DNA from: Nitrospina sp.
Lineage (GTDB): Bacteria > Nitrospinota > Nitrospinia > Nitrospinales > VA-1
Assembly (NCBI GenBank): GCA_018664975.1
Contig: JABIXH010000253.1
Location: 1 to 41,809, forward strand
DNA: 41,809 nucleotides
Direction of reading: 5' to 3'
Within the stretch, counting starts at the first letter, position 1. Each line of letters starts with the position of its first letter. Shown here one piece after another: positions 8,354-16,449 of this stretch. The notes under the pieces are model-generated. The model did not search any database, was not told the origin of the DNA, and was given only the letters and a program-made list of their open reading frames with translations. The translations under genes and the position numbers were made by a program.

Positions 8354-9286
8354 TTAAACCATCCGATAGCCCCCATTTTTCTCTTTTAGGGCGACCAACA
8401 GGGTGCCTTGAAATTCCTTATTGGTACCTTTTTTCATAACCATCTCATGAGGCACACTCCACATTCCTGTAGCAGTCATCATAAAGTTCATGCTATTGCA
8501 GAAATCGTAGAGATTGGACTGTTCATTTACTTTCAGAGATATTTCCATATCAGACGTAGCTCTGGGGCCAACGCGCCGGGTCAAAATATGAGCCCGGGTT
8601 GAATTACTGAGTACACCATCATAAAATTCATTAAAGTCATGACCAATCAGGTCAAACACATCAAACCCTATAAAGCTGACGGCTTTATTGGCAAAATTAA
8701 TTTTACCTTCCGGGTCGGTCTGGATAATCAGGTCTGATACCGAGTCAATAACCTTGCGGTATTTTTCACGGCTGTTCCTGATCTCCTGATAACCGTCCTC
8801 AATGATTTCGAGATCACTCCGGTTTCTGGCTGAGACAGTTTTTAAAATTTCCCATACCACCTTGGGGTTGGAAGCAAAATACTTAAAGAAAGTATCTTTT
8901 TCTATTTCCAGCACTTCAGAATTGGCAAGGGCTCGGACACTGGCTGCCCGGGGTTTGGATTCCACCAACGCCATTTCACCTACAAAATCCCCGGTTCCAC
9001 GAACCGCGATTTGTTTATGCCTTTTATAAACCTCCATTTTTCCGGAAAGAATGATGTACATGGTTTCCTGAAAAGCGCCTTCAGAAAATAGAACCTGGCC
9101 TTTTTTCAGAAAAATTTGTTTTCCGGCTTCAAAAACCTGCTCCAATTCCATATCCCCAAATAAACTGGAGAAGGCGGTTTGTTTCAGGGCTTCTAAATCT
9201 TTAGAAAGATCCATATCACTAAAACCATCTGTAATAATTTTTAATGGTGTTAATGTTAATCTATCTGCTAAATTATTTAAATGCAA
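8354..9286 (-). CDS. Cyclic-nucleotide-binding domain protein with C-terminal PAS-like domain
   Basis: CAP-effector-domain signature FSEGAFQETMYIILSGKMEV...GDFVGEMALVESKPRAASVRA, followed by a PAS-like segment (VSDLIIQTDPEGKINFANKA). No HTH or enzymatic output domain is recognisable. The track start is TTG; the first ATG would be at 9214. Confidence 0.7.
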   Translation of the reverse strand: MHLNNLADRLTLTPLKIITDGFSDMDLSKDLEALKQTAFSSLFGDMELEQVFEAGKQIFLKKGQVLFSEGAFQETMYIILSGKMEVYKRHKQIAVRGTGDFVGEMALVESKPRAASVRALANSEVLEIEKDTFFKYFASNPKVVWEILKTVSARNRSDLEIIEDGYQEIRNSREKYRKVIDSVSDLIIQTDPEGKINFANKAVSFIGFDVFDLIGHDFNEFYDGVLSNSTRAHILTRRVGPRATSDMEISLKVNEQSNLYDFCNSMNFMMTATGMWSVPHEMVMKKGTNKEFQGTLLVALKEKNGGYRMV

Positions 9287-9521
9287 GCCATTATATGATT
9301 TTCATTATTTTGTCACAAAACCGTGACGGAAGCGAAAAGTTAAAATTGGGGTGATTTGCACCCGTAATTGCGGATTTTCAACAGGTTTGAAGTGCTTTGA
9401 CTTACCTCATTTGTGGGATTGCAAAAAACTACCAGAGCCCATATTTTATGAGGGTGACTTATAAAATACTGCGGTCTTAAAAAAATTCTTAAGAATTTCC
9501 AAACTTTTATGAGGTCAAATT

Positions 9522-9890
9522 ATGACGGCAATTGAAAAGTTTGTTTCCCCTACACCCACTTTGGATTCAAGTACCTCTATTTTTGACACGATTGAATATC
9601 TCATCATTAATAATTGCGATCATGCTTTTGTTCAACAGGATGGAAATATGATTGGCATTGTATCTGCGAATCTATTATTAGAGAATTACAAATCACAGGA
9701 TTTATCGGGTACTTCGATCCGGGAGTATATGGGGCCTTTTATAACCATAAAGGGAAATGCACCAAAGTCCCAAGCGGTGGAAATCATGTCAGAACATGAC
9801 ATAGATTGTATTGCGGTGACCAACCTTAACGGAGTGCTTCTCGGGGTTGCGGCTTTTAATAACCTGGGAAACTCAAGTTCAGTGGCATAA
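9522..9890 (+). CDS. Stand-alone CBS-pair domain protein
   Basis: 122 aa with two CBS-like repeats (HAFVQQDGNMIGIVSANLLL; DCIAVTNLNGVLLGVAAFNNL). Confidence 0.65.
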   Translation: MTAIEKFVSPTPTLDSSTSIFDTIEYLIINNCDHAFVQQDGNMIGIVSANLLLENYKSQDLSGTSIREYMGPFITIKGNAPKSQAVEIMSEHDIDCIAVTNLNGVLLGVAAFNNLGNSSSVA

Positions 9891-10051
9891 ATCTCTGCCA
9901 GGCAAAGTAGTCAATACAACTTCTTTAGAATGATAGGAAGTAAAATAGCCAGGACGACTACAATCCCTATAAAAGTTTGCCAATTTTGAAACATTATTTT
10001 CTTACCCCCGCTTTAGGCCATGCTTCTAAAAGAGTTCAGATCGGGTGACCC

Positions 10052-11443
10052 TCATTCCTTCGGACCAATCATTTTTTCTGGACGTACTTTTTCCTCGAAC
10101 TCCTCGGGAGTGAGCAACTTCAAGGCGACCGCCGCTTCCTTCAAGGTGCTGTTATCCTGATAGGCTTTTTTGGCCACTTTGGCGGCGTTGTCATAGCCGA
10201 TATGCGGATTGAGTGCCGTGACCAACATGAGGGAGCCATTAAGATGTTTTTCGATCTGTACTTTGTTGGGCTCTATACCGACCACACAATGGTCATTGAA
10301 AGACCGGCAGGAATCAGCAAGCAGGCGAATGGACTGAAGGAGATTATATATCATCACCGGCTTGAAAACATTGAGTTCAAAATTACCTGATGACCCACCC
10401 ACATTAATAGTGGTGTCATTGCCAATCACCTGCGCGGCAACCATTGTCATCGCTTCGGACTGAGTGGGGTTGACTTTGCCTGGCATGATGGAACTTCCTG
10501 GCTCGTTGGCAGGTAAAATAATCTCCCCCACTCCACATCGAGGACCGGACCCGAGCCAGCGAACATCGTTGGCAATCTTCATGAGTGAGCAGGCAATGGT
10601 TTTCAAAATACCACTGGCCTCAACAATGGCATCGTGTGCGGCGAGAGATTCAAATTTATTCGGTGCAGTGACAAAGGGGCACCCGGTAAGTTCGGAAATT
10701 TCTCGGGCAACTTTGACGGCAAATTCCTTATGCGAGTTAAGGCCGGTTCCCACTGCTGTTCCCCCCAGGGCAATTTGATACATTCTGGGCATACAACCAT
10801 TAATGCGATCGAGTGCATATTCCAGTTGCGTGGTATATCCGCTAAACTCCTGACCCAGGGTAAGCGGAGTGGCATCCATCAAATGGGTTCGTCCGATTTT
10901 GATGATATCTTTAAAGTCGTCGGTTTTTTTTCTGAACGATTTTGCTAGAGTGGATATGGCAGGAATGAGCGCATCCCGAATACGCTCCACAGCCGCAATA
11001 TGCATGGCAGTTGGGAAAGTGTCATTAGAAGACTGCCCCATATTCACATGGTCGTTGGGGTGCACCGGGTCTTTAGAACCTATTACCCCACCTGCTATTT
11101 CAATAGCCCGGTTAGCGATCACCTCGTTGCTGTTCATATTGGATTGAGTTCCGCTACCTGTTTGCCAAACCCTAAGTGGAAAATGCTCATCCAGTTTTCC
11201 TTCGATCACTTCATCGGCGGCTTGACAGATCAGGTTTTTAACATATTCAGACATGAGACCTAATTCACAATTCACTATGGCGGAAGCCTTTTTCAATATA
11301 CCCATGCCTCGGATGATTTCGCGTGGCATGGTTTCGGTGCCAATGTTGAAGTAGATCAATGATCGTGCGGTTTGGGCTCCATAATAACTACTGGCCGGGA
11401 CATCGATTTCTCCCATGCTGTCGGTTTCGGTCCGGGTACTCAT
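10052..11443 (-). CDS. fumC: Class II fumarate hydratase
   Basis: Fumarate lyase signature [16 protein letters not shown], 463 aa. SD GAGGAGG overlaps the upstream gene's stop. Confidence 0.95.
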   Translation of the reverse strand: MSTRTETDSMGEIDVPASSYYGAQTARSLIYFNIGTETMPREIIRGMGILKKASAIVNCELGLMSEYVKNLICQAADEVIEGKLDEHFPLRVWQTGSGTQSNMNSNEVIANRAIEIAGGVIGSKDPVHPNDHVNMGQSSNDTFPTAMHIAAVERIRDALIPAISTLAKSFRKKTDDFKDIIKIGRTHLMDATPLTLGQEFSGYTTQLEYALDRINGCMPRMYQIALGGTAVGTGLNSHKEFAVKVAREISELTGCPFVTAPNKFESLAAHDAIVEASGILKTIACSLMKIANDVRWLGSGPRCGVGEIILPANEPGSSIMPGKVNPTQSEAMTMVAAQVIGNDTTINVGGSSGNFELNVFKPVMIYNLLQSIRLLADSCRSFNDHCVVGIEPNKVQIEKHLNGSLMLVTALNPHIGYDNAAKVAKKAYQDNSTLKEAAVALKLLTPEEFEEKVRPEKMIGPKE

Positions 11444-11452
11444 ATATCCTCC

Positions 11453-12385
11453 TCAGTTTTGAAAATAATCAGCCGCTTCTGGCATGTTTTCTTCAATAAA
11501 AATTTTAAATTTTTTCAACAATCGTTGTTCGGCCTGGCGCACTGCTTCTCGGGTAACTCCTCTACGATCGCCAATTTCCTGCAACGATAATGGGTCTTCG
11601 GAAAGAACGCGGTCGGTGAGAATTTCTATTTCGTTAGGATTCAACCCCTCCTTAAAATTTTCAATGTTCTCATTAAGAATCTGCCGAAACTGGCTTAGCT
11701 CCGCAGTCCTTTCGACAGAGGGTCCTCCTTGTGAAAGGGTTTGTGCAGGAGTCATGGGACTATCAGGCCGGACCGGGGTGTCTATGGAAACATCCATGGC
11801 ACCAATACTGGCAGAAACATCAATAATTTCTCCTTCGTCTACTCCAAACCGCTCTGCCAATAATTTAGTGGTGGGGTCAAACCCCTCCTGCTCCAATTTT
11901 TCTTTTTCCTTCTTCAGATTGAATAACAGTTTTCGTCGTGCATTGGTGGTGCCCACCCTCACCAGTCTCCAGTTATCGAGAATATGTTTCAGAATGTACG
12001 ACTTGATCCACCAGGTGGCATACGCTGAAAGCCGTACCCCGCGAAAGGGGTCAAAATTTTTAACCGCTTTCATCAGGCCAATATTGCCCTCCTGAACCAA
12101 ATCCATCAGGGTTTGCCATTCGCGTTTGAAAGTCATGGCAATTTTAATGACCAGCATCAGGTTGGCGGTAGTCAGTTTGTAGGCGGCCCCCAGATCTCCA
12201 GATTCTTTATAAAGAATCGCCAGTTCCTTTTCCTCCTCTTCTGACAGGGTCGGATACTTGCGGACTTCCTGCATATAAGCGGAAAATGGATCAAGTGGAA
12301 CCAGAGAACCTTTTGTCCGAACCGCCGGTACCAAAGACTTTTCCTGATCCGATTGATCTAGCTCAAATTTTGTTTCATCATTCAT
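11453..12385 (-). CDS. rpoH: RNA polymerase sigma-70 family factor, RpoH (sigma-32)-like
   Basis: DNWRLVRVGTTNARRKLLFNLKKEKEKL resembles the RpoH box (Q(R/K)KLFFNLR). Regions 2 and 4 are recognisable (YATWWIKSYI; GVTREAVRQAEQRLLKK). Confidence 0.8.
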   Translation of the reverse strand: MNDETKFELDQSDQEKSLVPAVRTKGSLVPLDPFSAYMQEVRKYPTLSEEEEKELAILYKESGDLGAAYKLTTANLMLVIKIAMTFKREWQTLMDLVQEGNIGLMKAVKNFDPFRGVRLSAYATWWIKSYILKHILDNWRLVRVGTTNARRKLLFNLKKEKEKLEQEGFDPTTKLLAERFGVDEGEIIDVSASIGAMDVSIDTPVRPDSPMTPAQTLSQGGPSVERTAELSQFRQILNENIENFKEGLNPNEIEILTDRVLSEDPLSLQEIGDRRGVTREAVRQAEQRLLKKFKIFIEENMPEAADYFQN

Positions 12386-12486
12386 AATTCGGGAATACCA
12401 AAATTATCAATTAAATAATATTCATACTTGTTCTTGCCGACTAATGCCGGGTTGTATTTAGTGTGGCGAAACTTTAAAATAGGGAC

Positions 12487-12726
12487 ATGGTCCGTTTAGC
12501 ACTATTTGGAATTGTCGTTGTCTTGCTCGTTCTTCTTGCGCGTTCAATTTTTCCTTCGAAAGATTCATCCGCAGAACAAGAACCTACAGAAATGGTCGAG
12601 GACCCTAATAACGGGGTATTTATCCCCAAATCTGAAGCGATCAACAAAACCATTAACGGCAAGGAATATTATTTTTCAAGCGAACAAAGCGCTGAAGAAT
12701 TCATTAAAAAGCAAAAAAGACCATAG
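12487..12726 (+). CDS. Membrane-anchored YHS-like domain protein
   Basis: N-terminal TM segment (LALFGIVVVLLVLLA) followed by DPNNGVFI...INGKEYYFSSEQSAEEF, which follows the YHS pattern (DPVCG...G..YYFCS..C...F) with the Cys positions replaced. Confidence 0.5.
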   Translation: MVRLALFGIVVVLLVLLARSIFPSKDSSAEQEPTEMVEDPNNGVFIPKSEAINKTINGKEYYFSSEQSAEEFIKKQKRP

Positions 12727-12800
12727 ATCGGAACATATAACGATCAGGTCAATATATTATAACAGAGGATTTGTTTTTAACCGGAGAAACAGGAAAATTC

Positions 12801-13385
12801 ATGATGCAAACAAAAAAACATCGGTTTAGGCAGTTATTGAAACGTTATATGAAGCGGAGCGTTCCTGTTTTGATGGTTCTGGGGCTGGTGGGTGCGGCTC
12901 CCGTTTTTGCGGAAGAAAAATGTGAGCCTGTGGATAAAAAACGCATCAAAATTGAGGGTTTCATTTCAAAATCTTATCGAAAGCAAAGAAAACAGGTCTT
13001 TAAGGAGTTTGGCGAGATCGGTTCAACAAAGGTGGCTTTGAGGGTGTATCCCATGGGGGAGACCTCAAAAGTGATTGCGGTGGGGCGATGTGTTCCAGCT
13101 TATATCGCCCAGCATATTATCAAAAAATCTATGGAATACAGCACGGGTGTGGAGAGTCTTGTGCAACAGCAATTTATCCATACCCACTGGGTGGGTGTTG
13201 GCGTCACCATGTTCGATGAACCTTCACAGCAGATTGTATCCGCCGACCAGGTCCAGCAACTCTTAAAACAGGATCTCTCGGATGAGGAGTTTCATGTTCT
13301 CTATCGAAAATTGTCCGTACCCAATGCCCTGGTTCCATTTTTTGGCTTGAAATCGCCAAATGTTAAAATTGCGCAACCGAACTAA
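12801..13385 (+). CDS. Secreted hypothetical protein
   Basis: Signal peptide MMQTKKHRF...VLMVLGLVGAAPVFA|EEK. The track start is TTG at 12771; ATG 12801 is preferred. No family recognised. Confidence 0.5.
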   Translation: MMQTKKHRFRQLLKRYMKRSVPVLMVLGLVGAAPVFAEEKCEPVDKKRIKIEGFISKSYRKQRKQVFKEFGEIGSTKVALRVYPMGETSKVIAVGRCVPAYIAQHIIKKSMEYSTGVESLVQQQFIHTHWVGVGVTMFDEPSQQIVSADQVQQLLKQDLSDEEFHVLYRKLSVPNALVPFFGLKSPNVKIAQPN

Positions 13386-13465
13386 TTTTTTCCTGTTCTT
13401 GATAGCAAAGTATTTTTTTCCAATTAGCGAGTTAGGTAAAAAAAGGGGAATACAATCTCGGTACC

Positions 13466-13684
13466 ATGCATCTGCTGCATCAGGGTTTTGTCTCTTCGCA
13501 CTGGACCGGAATCGGCGCCTCCCTGTTTTCAGAAAACTTGAGGAATGCCATCACCCAGCAATAACTGGTGGTCTTGATGGGCAACACGCTTGATACAGAG
13601 TCGTTTCATGAACTGTACCGCAATCTGACCCGCTTGAATATCTTGGTGGAACTTTTTGCCATTCACCATATTGATGATAGGTAG
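13466..13684 (+). pseudogene. Decayed partial duplicate of the C-terminal region of the 12801-13385 gene, with an in-frame TAA
   Basis: The frame-2 translation MHLLHQGFVSSHWTGIGASLFSENLRNAITQQ*LVVLMGNTLDTESFHELYRNLTRLNILVELFAI aligns without gaps to LVQQQFIHTHWVGVGVTMFDEPSQQIVSADQVQQLLKQDLSDEEFHVLYRKLSVPNALVPFFGL, with about 22 of 64 identical. The stop at 13562-13564 aligns with a Gln. No convincing SD. Confidence 0.4.
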
Positions 13685-13719
13685 TCCCCAGCCTGTAAAG
13701 CAGAGTGGGCTGTGTCAGC

Positions 13720-14781
13720 CTAATCTAAAACTTTTCCCATATCCAATGCGATTCGGCGTAGTAATTCAGGATCGTCGGTTACAATTCCATCTACACCCAG
13801 ATTAATCAGGCACCTCATTTTTTTCTCATCATTGAAAGTCCAACTGATAATTTTTATATAATTAAAAGTACTTTTTTTGTAGTTGTCCCGGATTTTAAAA
13901 TCCAGTGTCAGAATGAATTTATAGATCAGCCATGGGTCTGGACCAGAAGCGTCAATAAGGTGGATATGAGTGGGGAAACCAATACCAGCAAAACGGTTTT
14001 TAAAATCCATGGCTGTAGGGACAGTGGTAAAGCTGTGATAATTTATGATTCCATCAGAAGGGATTTCCCGGTCATAAGAAAACAGGAATTCATCAAATTG
14101 ACTTCTGACCAAGCTTAAAATTTCTTTATGCGGTGTTAGCATTATGAATTGAAGGGAGGGGATAGAATTCATACTGCCAATAATCCTCCTGATTTCCTCA
14201 AGCATAGTTGGAGCTAAATGGCTTTCCTCTGCTGGGATTTTCAGTTTTAACAGCACCAATTTCAGCTTATCCTGTTGTACGGACCATTCTAATAAATCCT
14301 GAAAGGTGGGAATCTTCGCATCCGATTTGATGCCAGTGGTTTTATCCACATATCCGTAATGCTCAGTTAGTTCTGAAAAATTAAGTTGGCTGACGTTTTT
14401 TCTCCAGCTTGAGTTTGAGGGGCTGAATGGTTTGAATTTTCCAACGAGTTCACCTCTTTCCTGGCGGATTAATGCAGAAGGACTGTTTGGGTTCCAATCG
14501 TGCCAGAGTACAATTTTTCCATCTTTGGTCAGGGACAGGTCGACTTTGAGAGAGTTGGCTCCATCAACATTCAAAGCTTCTTGAAATGCGGGAAGGGTGT
14601 TTTCGGGGAATTTTGTGACTGATCCTCCGCGGGCGAGCACTAAAAAATGATCCGAAGCAAAAATAGAACCCATCCGGGTAGGACATTTTGCCATGCTGTT
14701 CAGACTGAAGCAGGGCAAAAATACAAGCACTATCCAAAACCCCAGAAAGATTTTGGATCTTCCTTTCTTTTTATTAGTCAT
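13720..14781 (-). CDS. Secreted glycerophosphodiester phosphodiesterase (GDPD)-like protein, divergent active site
   Basis: FPENTLPAFQEAL...VDLSLTKDGKIVLWHD follows the GDPD pattern. There is an N-terminal signal/TM segment. The track start is TTG at 14808; ATG at 14781. It lies downstream of phoU in the same orientation. Confidence 0.65.
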   Translation of the reverse strand: MTNKKKGRSKIFLGFWIVLVFLPCFSLNSMAKCPTRMGSIFASDHFLVLARGGSVTKFPENTLPAFQEALNVDGANSLKVDLSLTKDGKIVLWHDWNPNSPSALIRQERGELVGKFKPFSPSNSSWRKNVSQLNFSELTEHYGYVDKTTGIKSDAKIPTFQDLLEWSVQQDKLKLVLLKLKIPAEESHLAPTMLEEIRRIIGSMNSIPSLQFIMLTPHKEILSLVRSQFDEFLFSYDREIPSDGIINYHSFTTVPTAMDFKNRFAGIGFPTHIHLIDASGPDPWLIYKFILTLDFKIRDNYKKSTFNYIKIISWTFNDEKKMRCLINLGVDGIVTDDPELLRRIALDMGKVLD

Positions 14782-14879
14782 AAAAAGATCCGAAATTATG
14801 GTAAGCAACGGCGTAAGCTAAGATAATAACTTAAACTTCGGGCAGGGATACAGAATTTATCGAAGGAGCCAATAAATTT

Positions 14880-15563
14880 CTAGAATTCAGCTTCTTCTGT
14901 TTTACTTCCATGGCGGATTATTTCTCCGGTGACCAGATAAATCACGTCTTCGGCGATATTGGTAGCATGGTCGGCCATTCGCTCAAGATACCGTGAGGCG
15001 GAAAGAAGCTGGATATAACTGTTTAAATTATTGGAGTCCTTTTTAATGGCTTGTGCAACGCAACCATACATTTCCCGATTCAAATCATCCACGGCATCAT
15101 CATCTTCACAAACTTTGCGGGCAAGTTTCTCATCCCGATTCACCAGGGAATCCAGTGAGCGTTTTAGCATGGAACGAACCTTCTTAGCCATATTCTGCAA
15201 ATCGAAAGGTAGTTCTACTTTTGCTTCTGTGGAAAGGTAAACCGCTCGCTCTGCAATGTTTACGGAAAGATCGCCGATACGTTCCAAATCATTATTAATT
15301 TTTAAGATCGCAATGATCAAGCGCAAGTCGTTGGCCACTGGCTGGTGAAGAGCGAGAATTTTAAGACATTCTTCCTCCACATAAACTTCCCGCTGATCAA
15401 TTTCGTAATCCGCTTCGATGACCCTCTTTGCAAGATCAGAATCTCGTTGGGTCAAGGATTGAACTGCAAGTCGGGCACTTTCTTCAACATCAGTTCCAAG
15501 CGAAAGTATTAAACGTTTGAGTTCATCAATAGCTTTTTCAAGATGAATGGCATGTCGTGACAT
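14880..15563 (-). CDS. phoU: Phosphate signalling complex protein PhoU
   Basis: Two PhoU repeats (IDQREVYVEEECLKILALHQPVANDLR; ERIGDLSVNIAE / ERMADHATNIAE), 227 aa, immediately after pstB. Confidence 0.9.
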   Translation of the reverse strand: MSRHAIHLEKAIDELKRLILSLGTDVEESARLAVQSLTQRDSDLAKRVIEADYEIDQREVYVEEECLKILALHQPVANDLRLIIAILKINNDLERIGDLSVNIAERAVYLSTEAKVELPFDLQNMAKKVRSMLKRSLDSLVNRDEKLARKVCEDDDAVDDLNREMYGCVAQAIKKDSNNLNSYIQLLSASRYLERMADHATNIAEDVIYLVTGEIIRHGSKTEEAEF

Positions 15564-15573
15564 TAAAAACCCC

Positions 15574-16428
15574 TTAACCGAATCTGCCGGTTATATAGTC
15601 TTCCGTTTTGGGTACGGAAGGATTGGTGAATAATTTTTCGGTCGGACCAAACTCAATCAATTCTCCCAGCAACAGGAATCCTGTAAAATCTGCAACCCGG
15701 GCGGCTTGTTGCATATTGTGTGTCACAATCACAATGGTGAAATGCTCTTTCAATCCTACCATTAACTCCTCAATTCTTGCGGTAGCAATTGGGTCCAGGG
15801 CCGAGCAAGGCTCATCCATTAAAAGCACTTCTGGTTCTACTGCAATGGCCCGAGCGATACAAAGTCTTTGTTGTTGACCTCCAGACAAGGCCAGAGCGCT
15901 GGAGCCCAGCCGGTCCTTGACTTCATCCCAAAGAGCCACCGACTTCAGGCTTTTTTCTACAATTTCATGCAACCTGTTTTTATCTTTCATCCCGTGGATC
16001 CGAGGACCATAGGCCACATTTTCAAAAATAGTCTTTGGAAACGGGTTGAATTTTTGAAATACCATGCCCACATTTTTCCTTAGTTCGCTCACATCCAAGG
16101 CGGGGTCCATGGTATTCAACCCACCAATTTGTATTTTTCCCTCCATGCGGGTGCCTTCTACCAGATCATTCATACGATTCAGGCATCTAAGAAGGGTGGA
16201 CTTGCCACAGCCCGAGGGACCAATAAATGAAGTGATCTTCCTCTCAGGAAGAGTCATATTGATATTTTTAAGCGCCTGGGTCTCACCGTAGAAAAAGTCC
16301 ACATTTTCAATTTTGATCATCAAGCTTTGATCATTGTTAGAATCTGTAACCTTCATTCCAATGGCATTTGAAGATGAATAGTCAATGTTAGTACGGTCTA
16401 CTTTATTTTTAATTTTTATTTCAGCCAT
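15574..16428 (-). CDS. pstB: Phosphate ABC transporter ATP-binding protein
   Basis: Walker [13 protein letters not shown] signature LSGGQQQRL, Walker [12 protein letters not shown]. The PstB-typical C-terminus is [10 protein letters not shown]. Confidence 0.95.
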   Translation of the reverse strand: MAEIKIKNKVDRTNIDYSSSNAIGMKVTDSNNDQSLMIKIENVDFFYGETQALKNINMTLPERKITSFIGPSGCGKSTLLRCLNRMNDLVEGTRMEGKIQIGGLNTMDPALDVSELRKNVGMVFQKFNPFPKTIFENVAYGPRIHGMKDKNRLHEIVEKSLKSVALWDEVKDRLGSSALALSGGQQQRLCIARAIAVEPEVLLMDEPCSALDPIATARIEELMVGLKEHFTIVIVTHNMQQAARVADFTGFLLLGELIEFGPTEKLFTNPSVPKTEDYITGRFG

Positions 16429-16449
16429 TATAATTTACCCGATTTCATA

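Noticed and set aside
9356-9371. TTGCAC-N6-TTGC resembling a sigma-54 -24/-12 promoter.
   Set aside because: The essential GG of the -24 element (TGGCAC) is missing.
11484-12095. 203-aa + strand ORF.
   Set aside because: It is antisense to the clearly recognisable sigma-factor gene and is a Ser/Arg-rich shadow ORF.
13360-13593. 77-aa + strand ORF from the track.
   Set aside because: A different frame over the same DNA shows clear similarity to the upstream gene's C-terminus (see the pseudogene call), and this frame has no support.
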